Source: Candidatus Scalinduaceae bacterium (GTDB lineage: Bacteria; Planctomycetota; Brocadiia; Brocadiales; Scalinduaceae). Taken from it: 12,430 nt of DNA. Position 1 is the stretch's first letter. Each line of letters begins with the position of its first letter. The translations under genes and the position numbers were made by a program. Location: NCBI GenBank assembly GCA_046759445.1, contig JBHICG010000088.1, positions 1-12,430 of the forward strand. The letters run 5' to 3'. Below are positions 1 through 7,905 of this stretch, piece by piece. The notes below the pieces were generated by a model. It saw only the letters and a program-made list of their open reading frames with translations. It was not told the origin of the DNA and ran no database searches.

Positions 1-737
1 TCACTCGGAAGGATTGGATGATGCGATGGAAGTTTAAGTGTTTGAATCTTTTTTACGTGCTTGATTAATGTCTCAGGTTTTTCTTGTGTGAGCAAAGTAG
101 AAGTTTTTCTTGAGTCATCACTATCAACGGAAACCATATTAAGGGTTTTCGCAGTCCTATCACAGCAAATGGCAGACTGTGGCTCAACAACAAAATCATT
201 TACCTTTTCTCCTAACCAATGATAGCGTCTTGCAAATCTATTAGTTTCATTCATACCTTGCTGTACAACGCTCCAAAAACCTTCCTTAGTAAAATAGAAA
301 CAGTGATGATAAAGCTGGTATCCATCCTGAACGGCGCTGGCGTCAACCTTAGCGCTCATTTTACTGGCATAAACGAGGTCTTCCGGATTACGTGAAAGTA
401 AATTGCAAAAGCCCTCAATTTCTGAAGGAGTCTTTCTGGAGGAGCCTCCCTTACCTCCAGCAATGAATATTCCGATTTCCTTCTCAATCCCTTTTACGCC
501 TTCTTTTAATGCCCCACACACGGTGGTAGTAACACCACTAGAATGCCAGTCAAAACCCAGTGCACAGCCCAGCGCCTGAAACCAGAAAGGGTCTGATATC
601 TTTCTCAAAAACTCTTCCGACCCGAACTCACTCGTAATAACAATAGCAATTTCCCTTGCAAGCTTCTTCATCCTCTGGAAGAGCCAGGAAGGAGCCTTGC
701 CGTAATGTAAGGGTAAATCAGCGGTTCCCACCTTCAT
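1..737 (-). CDS. DUF763 family protein (3' end runs off the window)
   Basis: Not in the ORF track. Manual translation from the ATG at 737 gives MKVGTADLPLHYGKAPSWLFQRMKKLAREI...ISDPFWFQALGCALGFDWHSSGVTTTVCGALKEG, the typical DUF763 N-terminus. The same frame is open at the edge (...QTLKLPSHHPILPS). The ATG overlaps the helicase TGA (ATGA). Confidence 0.9.
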   Translation of the reverse strand, partial: MKVGTADLPLHYGKAPSWLFQRMKKLAREIAIVITSEFGSEEFLRKISDPFWFQALGCALGFDWHSSGVTTTVCGALKEGVKGIEKEIGIFIAGGKGGSSRKTPSEIEGFCNLLSRNPEDLVYASKMSAKVDASAVQDGYQLYHHCFYFTKEGFWSVVQQGMNETNRFARRYHWLGEKVNDFVVEPQSAICCDRTAKTLNMVSVDSDDSRKTSTLLTQEKPETLIKHVKKIQTLKLPSHHPILPS

Positions 738-2719
738 TCCTGCGAGACCTCCCACCTTTCATAACAACCCTCTTTCAGTTCCCTGATAAATCTGGAAGGT
801 TTCATTATATATGATTCTGAGTGTGATTTTTGATTCATAATAGGGTAACATAGATAAAGTTCATCTCTAGCTCGCGTTACGGCAACATAAAATAGTCTTC
901 TTTCCTCTTCCTCACCATCTAACGATTTTAGAGACCTTGAAGAAGGAAAATAACCATCAGCCAGCCAGATAACAAATACCACATCCCACTCAAGGCCTTT
1001 TGCCTGGTGAACGCTGCTTAAGACGACCTTTTCATCCTCTTCTCCCCCAAAGACAACGGTTTCAGATTCTACAGTACCCAGAAGCGCCAATTCGCTTAAA
1101 AAACTTTCCGTATCCTTATATCGAGAAGCAAAGTTTCCTAACTGGTTTATGTCCTCACTCCTTTCACCGTAATCAGGATATTTTGCGTGAAGATACTCCT
1201 CATATCCATCCTTTAAGACGGCTTGTATCATTTCTGCAGGGGATGATTTAATTTTGGAATGATTAAGCCTTCTCAAAGTATTATAGAAGCCTTTCCAACC
1301 GTTAATGGCTCCTTTGTTTAACAAGGTCTTTATCTTGTCTATTTCTAAACACGATAAAGAACCGTTGTGTTCCTCCATATGCTTCCATATCCTATCAGCG
1401 GTAATATTTCCTACCTTAGGTAGAAGCTTCAGTATCCTCTTCCATGCGATTTCATCCATAGGATTTACTATAACCTTAAGATAAGCCGTTACGTCCTTTA
1501 TGTGTGCTTGCTCAAAGAACCTGAGCCCTGACCTTATTGTATATGGTATTCCTCGCCTTGTCAGTTCCAACTGCAGTTCCATAGATTGATAATGTGCCCT
1601 GTACAGGACTGCAATATTGTTGAGGGATAGACCTTCATCTCTCAGCTCAAGCAGCCTCTCAGCAACAAATTCTGCCTGTTGCAAGACGTCTGATAGGGCA
1701 ACAAGACCTGGCTTAAGGCCACTCCCACGCACAGCCCTTAGTTTCTTTGGAAATTGCTTAATATTATGTATGAGGACATCGTTTGCCAGGCTTAATATTT
1801 CATCTGTACTTCTATAGTTTGTTTCCAGTTTGTAACTTGTTGTGTCAGTGTATCTTTTAGGAAAGTCTATTATATTGGCAAAGTTAGCGCCCCTGAATGA
1901 ATATATACTTTGCGAATCATCACCCACTACCATTAAATTCCTGTAGTAAGAAGCCGTAAGGTCTATTATGTCTGCCTGTAATTTATTGGTATCCTGATAT
2001 TCGTCTACAAGGATGTGTAAAAATTTGTTAGAATATTTCTCTCTGACATCTTTATGTTTCTCAAAAAGAAATCTCCAGTTCAGGAGCAGATCGTCGTAGT
2101 CCATCACATTTAACCCTTTCTTTCTTTTAAGGTATTGTCTTGCAACATTTTTTATCTCTTTGCTCTGTTCATGATAGAAAGGATACTTCAGGTTGATGGT
2201 TTTATCTATGCTCGTTTCTGTGTTAATTGAAAAGCTGATGATATCCAATAGCACGGCACCCTTAGGAAATCTCTTTGATTTAGTATCTATTTGAAGGTCT
2301 GTAGTACATGCCTCAAGAAGGTCTTTTGAATCCTCCCTGTCTATTATGGAATAATTTCTACTATACCCTACCATGTCCGCATGATGTCTCAGTATTAAAT
2401 TGCCTATATGATGAAATGTGCCTCCCCAGAGTTTCTTCACATCAGCGCCTATAAGTAGTTCAACGCGATGAAGCATCTCTCTGGCGGCCTTGTTCGTGAA
2501 AGTTACAAGGAGTATTCTTGACGCGTCAACGCCGGACTCCATCAGGCGTGTAACCCTGTAGGTAACAGTTCTTGTCTTTCCACTTCCAGCGCCTGCAATT
2601 ACTAATACAGGCCCGTCCTTTGCCATTACGGCATTCAACTGTTCGGGATTTAGTTCAGAGCTGTAGTCAACAATAAACTTACGAGTTCTTCTTTTAGTTT
2701 TTAAGGTGTATTGACGCAT
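734..2719 (-). CDS. UvrD/Rep/PcrA-family superfamily 1 DNA helicase
   Basis: 661 aa with the SF1A motifs LNPEQ (Q motif), AGAGSGKT (Walker A), TFTNKAA, DEYQD (Walker B), VGDDSQSIYSFRGA, LETNYRS, HQAKGLE and EEERRLFYVAVTRA. Confidence 0.96.
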   Translation of the reverse strand: MRQYTLKTKRRTRKFIVDYSSELNPEQLNAVMAKDGPVLVIAGAGSGKTRTVTYRVTRLMESGVDASRILLVTFTNKAAREMLHRVELLIGADVKKLWGGTFHHIGNLILRHHADMVGYSRNYSIIDREDSKDLLEACTTDLQIDTKSKRFPKGAVLLDIISFSINTETSIDKTINLKYPFYHEQSKEIKNVARQYLKRKKGLNVMDYDDLLLNWRFLFEKHKDVREKYSNKFLHILVDEYQDTNKLQADIIDLTASYYRNLMVVGDDSQSIYSFRGANFANIIDFPKRYTDTTSYKLETNYRSTDEILSLANDVLIHNIKQFPKKLRAVRGSGLKPGLVALSDVLQQAEFVAERLLELRDEGLSLNNIAVLYRAHYQSMELQLELTRRGIPYTIRSGLRFFEQAHIKDVTAYLKVIVNPMDEIAWKRILKLLPKVGNITADRIWKHMEEHNGSLSCLEIDKIKTLLNKGAINGWKGFYNTLRRLNHSKIKSSPAEMIQAVLKDGYEEYLHAKYPDYGERSEDINQLGNFASRYKDTESFLSELALLGTVESETVVFGGEEDEKVVLSSVHQAKGLEWDVVFVIWLADGYFPSSRSLKSLDGEEEERRLFYVAVTRARDELYLCYPIMNQKSHSESYIMKPSRFIRELKEGCYERWEVSQE

Positions 2720-2822
2720 GATTTGTTTTTGTAGTGATTTGATTAACAGTTTCTCAATATCAAGCGCAACAATACGCGGGGAGGTATACTTAACAACTCT
2801 ATCTCAAAAAAGATATGGATTC

Positions 2823-3836
2823 TTATTCTGAAACACTATGTCTGTTTTTTCTTCTATATCTTTTACAGGTTAAATAGATGTATCCCGCAACTATGACGCC
2901 GATTATGGATGCAATTATTGTAAGTTTACGCTCTACGGAGTGTATGGGCGCAAAGGCCTCTGCTTCATCAATCTCCACCAGGAGAACCCAATCGATAAAA
3001 TTAAGATTTAGTGGTGTATACGCGCTTAAAACTGGAACACCTCGATAATCGTCTGTGATCTTTGTGCCAACAAATCCTCTAAATGCCTCTCTTGTCGCCT
3101 CTGTATCTACCTTTTTTTTAAGCATTGTAGGTTCTACAGAAAATCTTGAATTTGATCGCATAAGGCCGTCCTCACCTACTAAGTACATTTCTCCAGTTTG
3201 TCCTAAGCCAGCCCTTTGAGTTAACATATCATCCAGATGATGGAAAGGGATTTCTATTATTAATACACCTAATAAATCTTCAGCGTCGTAGATGGGCGCA
3301 GCGAAGTAAGCTGTATGTTCGTTTATCTTATTATTCCAGGTATAATCCTCGTATGTTACGTCCTCCAAACCTCGTTTGAACATCTGCACAATACCAGAGT
3401 TTTTAAATTTCCCTGTAAGAAGTAAATTGGATCCTGTGAATTCTTCTTTTATTGCCGAAAATATTACATTTCCATCTTTATCAATAAAAAATATATTTAC
3501 ATAGCCGTAAGCAAAGACATAATATTCCATTAATGGTTGATAAATATTTATTGCTCCCTGAAATTCAGGGCTTCCGAGACCGTAAGCATTAAAGGCTCCT
3601 GATAATTGAGTAAAACCTTGAGCAATAACGGGGTTTTTTGAGAGTGTGTCTATGTCTCCATGTCTTTCGTTGAAATAGTTCCATATCTGAAGGTTAAGGA
3701 GATCCCTGGCCGTAATAAGGTGTTTAAAAGCTTCTTCTTTTAATGCTGATTTATAGGCTCTGTAACTTACAAAGGGAACGATTAGAAAGAACGTCAAAAG
3801 GGCTATTGCCAACGCAAGCGTTATCTTTTTTGTCAT
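2823..3836 (-). CDS. Membrane-anchored dCache-type sensor protein without a cytoplasmic output domain
   Basis: 337 aa. N-terminal TM (ITLALAIALLTFFLIVPFVSY), Cache-like motifs (YGYVNIFFIDKDGNVIFS, AYFAAPI, GLGQTGEMYLVGEDGLMRSNSRF, DYRGVPVLSAYTPL, WVLLVEIDEAEAFAP), a second TM and a short basic tail. Confidence 0.85.
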   Translation of the reverse strand: MTKKITLALAIALLTFFLIVPFVSYRAYKSALKEEAFKHLITARDLLNLQIWNYFNERHGDIDTLSKNPVIAQGFTQLSGAFNAYGLGSPEFQGAINIYQPLMEYYVFAYGYVNIFFIDKDGNVIFSAIKEEFTGSNLLLTGKFKNSGIVQMFKRGLEDVTYEDYTWNNKINEHTAYFAAPIYDAEDLLGVLIIEIPFHHLDDMLTQRAGLGQTGEMYLVGEDGLMRSNSRFSVEPTMLKKKVDTEATREAFRGFVGTKITDDYRGVPVLSAYTPLNLNFIDWVLLVEIDEAEAFAPIHSVERKLTIIASIIGVIVAGYIYLTCKRYRRKNRHSVSE

Positions 3837-3854
3837 TTAGTATGTAAAAGTTAA

Positions 3855-4037
3855 CTAACTGTTAAAACTGATGAAATTACAGGAATTAAAAATCTTACTT
3901 AAAAATTCCCGTTTACGCTTCCTCTGTTTTATATATTCCTGCAACGCTTCAGTAACTACTGCCTTCTTCGTTTGATGGCTCCCAATCTTGAGAGCTTCTT
4001 TTATAAGCTTGTCATCTATAGCGAGATTAGTGGCCAT
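3855..4037 (-). CDS. VapB-type type II antitoxin, orphan and possibly altered at the C-terminus
   Basis: The likely start is the ATG at 4037, with RBS AAAGGAGA at 4046-4053. MATNLAIDDKLIKEALKIGSHQTKKAVVTEALQEYI matches the VapB (ribbon-helix-helix-like) pattern. No PIN toxin follows. Confidence 0.8.
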   Translation of the reverse strand: MATNLAIDDKLIKEALKIGSHQTKKAVVTEALQEYIKQRKRKREFLSKIFNSCNFISFNS

Positions 4038-4054
4038 AATATATATCTCCTTTC

Positions 4055-4085
4055 TGCACATAACGTCACACACGAGAATGTGTAA
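4055..4085 (-). promoter_or_regulatory. Putative antitoxin autoregulatory operator
   Basis: Inverted repeat ACACA(4068-4072)-N6-TGTGT(4079-4083) plus a related half-site GCACAT near 4056-4061, just upstream of the antitoxin RBS. Confidence 0.4.
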
Positions 4086-4151
4086 TAACAAGCAAAAAAT
4101 TTGTCTTATTTTTTAACTGTATATAGCTATCCCTATATCAATTAAAGCAGT

Positions 4152-5708
4152 TCAATGAAATATGATATGACAGCTAATTAATGACAGTAATAGTGCAATT
4201 GCAAGTCTACCAACATTTGGGTCAGAAACCATAATTAGTTCTTTCCCTGAATTTTGCAATCCTGATTTCAGCCATGTGGGAATAGCTACAACCAACGAAG
4301 TTACAACAATGACTATGGCAGACCTGTTAAAATAATTCATGTCAGGAAATAACAACTTCAATATTACCGTAATTACGATTGAACCTAACAATACATAGAA
4401 CACAAGCTTTTTCGATGGATTGATGAGAAACGCAGCGCATATAATCAGAAAAACAAAACCATTCTTTGCGTAGTATGATACTTCGTTAAACCAGTGAGTT
4501 AAAGCAAAATCAGGATTTTCAAATTTTACATATACATTTACCCATGCAAACATAATCCCTGTGATTAAGGTTAAAAAGATAGTTGCCCTACCAAATTTCA
4601 CAACGGCATGACCATCAGCATTGGGATTAATGTATTTTTTATAGATGTCAATCGACCAAAGAGTTGAAACAGAGTGGAAAATGGAATCTACACTACTCAT
4701 TAAGGAGGCAAATAGCCCACACAAAATCAAACCTCTTAATCCTGCAGGAATGAACTTATGTACCATCGTCGGGTAGGCCAAATCAGGGTCTTCGAGCGGA
4801 TTGTTTATGAGTATCCCGGCAAGGGCAATGGCCGGCAAGATGACAACTGCCGCCATCAGGTATTTTAAAAATCCGCCAACGAGAAGCCCTAACTGTGCAT
4901 GAAAGAGATTTTTTGCCGCCAATGCCCGCTGGAGAATGATTTGATTTGCCCCCCAGTAATTCAAATTCAGCAGAAATATCCCTACCAGGGCAGGCCATGG
5001 TAAGTACGGGTGCTCTGCAGGCAAGTGAAGGTGCATCAAATTACCCGACTTTTTATACAGCATTCCCCAGCCGCCCAGGTCATGGAGAGAAAATACCAGT
5101 AAGACAAGTCCACCGGCAGAAAGTAAGACAAACTGAACAATATCAGTTCTGACAACCGCCCCTAACCCACCAAGAAAGGTATATACCGCAGAGAATGCGC
5201 CCAACATTATGGCGATGATAAAAATCCTTACCATTGGATCATGGTGAATAAACTGAATTGAAGCCGAAAATATTGCGTTAACGGCATATGCACCCCAGAA
5301 CAATATACTCCCGACAAAGACAAAGGAATACAGCAGTATCATCAATACCGAATAAGTCACCGCCACCTTGCGCCCAAGATGAATCTCAAAGAATTCACTG
5401 ATAGTGGTTATCCTTTCCTTCAAATACAGGGGCACAAAGAAAAAAGCAGCGATTACGATGCCCGTAATCGCATTTATTTCAAGATTGGCTTGAGCAAGCC
5501 CAAAGAGGTATGCCGACCCTGCCATACCCAAAAAGTGTCCGGCATGGATATTGGTCGCAATGGTGGATATGGCTATCGATGGCCAGCGGAGAGAACGGGA
5601 ATTGAGAAAAAACTCTACTGCAGTCGTTTTTGCCGTAACTCTTTTGTAAACACCTACTGCCATCACAATGGCAAAATAGGCAAAAATAATTATGGCGTCA
5701 AATGCCAA
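4152..5708 (-). CDS. Sodium:solute symporter (SSS/SLC5 family), probably sugar or polyol type
   Basis: 518 aa, TTG start, many hydrophobic helices. SSS motifs: EFFLNSRSLRW, STIATNI..GHFLGMAGSAY, YTFLGGLGAVVRTDIVQ, YWGANQIILQRALAAK, GLFASLMSSVDS, DIYKK. Confidence 0.92.
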   Translation of the reverse strand: MAFDAIIIFAYFAIVMAVGVYKRVTAKTTAVEFFLNSRSLRWPSIAISTIATNIHAGHFLGMAGSAYLFGLAQANLEINAITGIVIAAFFFVPLYLKERITTISEFFEIHLGRKVAVTYSVLMILLYSFVFVGSILFWGAYAVNAIFSASIQFIHHDPMVRIFIIAIMLGAFSAVYTFLGGLGAVVRTDIVQFVLLSAGGLVLLVFSLHDLGGWGMLYKKSGNLMHLHLPAEHPYLPWPALVGIFLLNLNYWGANQIILQRALAAKNLFHAQLGLLVGGFLKYLMAAVVILPAIALAGILINNPLEDPDLAYPTMVHKFIPAGLRGLILCGLFASLMSSVDSIFHSVSTLWSIDIYKKYINPNADGHAVVKFGRATIFLTLITGIMFAWVNVYVKFENPDFALTHWFNEVSYYAKNGFVFLIICAAFLINPSKKLVFYVLLGSIVITVILKLLFPDMNYFNRSAIVIVVTSLVVAIPTWLKSGLQNSGKELIMVSDPNVGRLAIALLLSLISCHIIFH

Positions 5709-5854
5709 GCTATCTTCCTTTCCCTTTTCTGTAAACTATTACAATAATTTTGCACATATTAGTTGAAGTTACGTAATTAAATAAAAGACAGTTGTCCTTG
5801 CTAATGTAAAAATAATATTTATGTTCCATGTAAATTGCACTAAAATGTGAAAAT

Positions 5855-6541
5855 ATGATATTAACTACACATCAACCAATATTTCTTCCTTGGCCAGGCT
5901 TTTTCTTTAAAGCCATAAAATCCGATTGTATGGTTTTACTCGATAATGTTCAATTTCCACGAGGAAGAGGATGGGTGAATCGCAACCGATTAAAAACCAA
6001 GCAAGGGCCGTTTTCGTTAACTGTGCCTGTTTGTAAGAAATCTCGAGGACTGCAAATTATTCGTCAAGTTGAAATTTTCAATGAAATAGATTGGCGTAAA
6101 AAACATTTCCGTAGCATTAAGCATAACTATGCTAACGCATCTTATTCAGGTGAATATTTCCCTATTATTGAATCTATATTTAGAAAAAATCAAATCTTGC
6201 TAGTTGAATTAAACATTGACTTGATCCGTTTTTTCTGGGATGCCCTTTCCATAAAGACCAGATTACTATTACAATCAGAACTGGGGGTAAATGGTAATGG
6301 AACTGAACTCCTGATTAATATTTGTCGACAAGTGAAAGCGGACGCTTATTTGACGTTTTCAATTGTTGAAAAGCACCTTGATCTGGATAAATTTAATCGA
6401 AATAATATTCAAATAAAATTTACTGGTTTTCATCCTCCCATTTACCCACAGCTCTGGGGTAAGTTTTTTTATAATCTTTCGACATTAGACATGCTCTTAA
6501 ATTGTGGACCTAAATGTATTGAAATAATCTCAAATGCCTGA
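5855..6541 (+). CDS. WbqC-like family protein
   Basis: 228 aa with HQPIFLPWPGFF, LLDNVQF..RGWVNRNR, LTVPV, WRKKH, YPQLWGKF..NLSTLDMLLNCGP, all typical of WbqC-like proteins. Confidence 0.9.
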   Translation: MILTTHQPIFLPWPGFFFKAIKSDCMVLLDNVQFPRGRGWVNRNRLKTKQGPFSLTVPVCKKSRGLQIIRQVEIFNEIDWRKKHFRSIKHNYANASYSGEYFPIIESIFRKNQILLVELNIDLIRFFWDALSIKTRLLLQSELGVNGNGTELLINICRQVKADAYLTFSIVEKHLDLDKFNRNNIQIKFTGFHPPIYPQLWGKFFYNLSTLDMLLNCGPKCIEIISNA

Positions 6542-6563
6542 AGGAGTGTGCAAGCTCTCAAAT

Positions 6564-6614
6564 CATGTTAAACGCTCATGCCCTTTCAGGGCACCACGAA
6601 GTATGAAAACATGT
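6564..6614. mobile_element. 41-bp miniature hairpin element flanked by a 5-bp direct repeat (CATGT)
   Basis: CATGT at 6564-6568 and 6610-6614 flanks 6569-6609, which holds the hairpin TGCCCT-TTC-AGGGCA (6579-6593). Confidence 0.5.
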
Positions 6615-6679
6615 CTTGACGAAAGTCAGGATCAGATTTCCTGTCTGCTTCCCAAGTCGGTATTCCTCGGGAATGACAG
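6614..6679. repeat. Cluster of REP-like palindromes (GTCAT/ATGAC type, degenerate)
   Basis: Hairpin TCTTGAC-GAAA-GTCAGGA (6614-6631, one G.T pair), followed by AGATTTCC...TTCCCAAG..CTCGGGAATGACA, which ends in the same AATGAC tail as the repeats at 6721 and 8283. Confidence 0.55.
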
Positions 6680-6720
6680 ATAAGTTGAATCGTGGAAATA
6701 ACATAGAGCATTACATATTA

Positions 6721-6816
6721 GTCATTGGCAATTCCGCTGTTCCGGAATTGCTTAGGTGATTATGCCTGTTCTTCGGACAGATAAGAAGAATCACACCCCG
6801 ACTCGATCGGGAATCT
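6721..6816 (+). repeat. GTCAT-type palindromic repeat interrupted by a 70-bp insert
   Basis: Joining 6721-6726 (GTCATT) to 6797-6816 gives GTC-ATTCCCGA-CTCGA-TCGGGAAT-CT, a perfect 8-bp hairpin. Confidence 0.75.
6727..6796 (+). mobile_element. 70-bp double-hairpin element, copy 1
   Basis: GCAATTCCG-CTGTTC-CGGAATTGC, then TTA, GGTGATTATGC, a 19-bp segment with an inner hairpin, and GAAGAATCACAC. It is homologous to the reverse complement of 8208-8277. Confidence 0.75.
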
Positions 6817-6882
6817 ATTTTCGGATCAAAAAGCTGAAGAAATAGAACAAATCTTTTAACACACACACCGTTATTGCCTAGT

Positions 6883-7794
6883 CTAGTTACCAGCTATAAC
6901 AACCGAGTTATCACTGTCTTCGTAAGGACTTTTTACATATTTGTCGGCTTTCCAGTCATTTTCCCATCTTGACTCGTCAATGAGGTAACGAAACTGATAT
7001 TCCTTACCAGGTTCTAGGTCAAGTATGATGGTGTAGTCTCCATTTTCCAGCATCTTCATAGGATTTGTATGAATATCCCAATTATTAAAATCACCAACAA
7101 TACGTACACTCTTTGCGTCAGGAGCAGCAACTTTTGGAAGTCTGAACTTTACTCTCCATACATTTTTAGACTTAAGAAACACTTTTTTTATCCCAACATT
7201 TCTTGTTGTTGCTTTATCTGAAACTGATTTTTTCTTGACTGTCTTTTTTGGAATGTTTTCCTTTTGCAGAGTTGTAGAGTTTTCTTGATTTGCTTCTGCT
7301 ATTGCTAATCTTCTTGCCATGGCATTTTTCATTTCCCCTAGTTTTTCTAAAAAGAAGTTCTTTCTTTTTGCTCCTTTTCTTAAGGTTTCTTCAGCGGCTA
7401 TGTTTATCATTTCTCTTTCTTGTCCGTTAATTTCTGTAAACTCTATTGCGATACTAAACATAGAATTTAGTGGTTGACCCTCCTGTTTTAAAAGAGGCTG
7501 GGATTCTTCAATACGACTTACTCTCCCAATACAGTTTATGGCAGGTATGGATTTAAAAACGTCTATTTTTAAATCCAGAAGTGAATCAATTTCTAGATTT
7601 TTATTATAGTCAAAAAACATACCTCCTGCGCTCAAATTCTTCACGGCAACCATATCCCAATCAGGGGAAGACATTCCCTGGCCTTCGTATTGTTTGACTC
7701 GGAACCTTGCTATACATGGATATTCTATTTTTTTATGTTTCCTTTTTTCTAGTTCCATTCTTTCGTATTTCCTTTTTTCTGTATCGTTGTACAT
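6883..7794 (-). CDS. PilZ domain fused to a C-terminal isoamylase early-set / CBM48-like glycogen-binding domain
   Basis: 303 aa, RBS GGAGGG at 7803-7808. PilZ motifs RKYER (RxxxR, aa 8-12) and NLSAGG (aa 53-58), then GRVSR and IAIEF. After a Lys-rich linker come VKFRLP..AKSVRIVGDFNNWD..PMK..G.YTIILDLEPGKEYQFRYLID..WENDWKADKYV.SPY..DNSVV. Confidence 0.88.
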   Translation of the reverse strand: MYNDTEKRKYERMELEKRKHKKIEYPCIARFRVKQYEGQGMSSPDWDMVAVKNLSAGGMFFDYNKNLEIDSLLDLKIDVFKSIPAINCIGRVSRIEESQPLLKQEGQPLNSMFSIAIEFTEINGQEREMINIAAEETLRKGAKRKNFFLEKLGEMKNAMARRLAIAEANQENSTTLQKENIPKKTVKKKSVSDKATTRNVGIKKVFLKSKNVWRVKFRLPKVAAPDAKSVRIVGDFNNWDIHTNPMKMLENGDYTIILDLEPGKEYQFRYLIDESRWENDWKADKYVKSPYEDSDNSVVIAGN

Positions 7795-7814
7795 AAGAAT
7801 TTCCCTCCAGTTTA

Positions 7815-7905
7815 CCCCGTTAGAAAGAAAACCCCGCCCTGTGGACGGCGTAAAAAAACATAGCTCGGGTGGGGTCTAACACCCCACCCGAGTTTTCTAA
7901 CGGGG
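7815..7905. mobile_element. 91-bp MITE-like element with terminal inverted repeats
   Basis: CCCCGTTAGAAA (7815-7826) and TTTCTAACGGGG (7894-7905) are perfect inverted repeats, flanked by a TTTA direct repeat (7811-7814 and 7906-7909). An internal 12-bp perfect hairpin spans 7864-7892. Confidence 0.7.

Noticed and set aside
4038..4091. 18-aa N-terminal extension of the antitoxin ORF
   Set aside because: The strong RBS and the family-typical start MATNL place the start at 4037.
6542..6882. CRISPR array or tRNA
   Set aside because: No regularly spaced identical repeats, no cloverleaf or T-loop motif, and no cas genes.
7815..7905. Integron attC site (GTTAGA/TCTAAC motifs)
   Set aside because: The motifs are in the opposite order to attC (RYYYAAC...GTTRRRY), and there is no integrase or cassette array.
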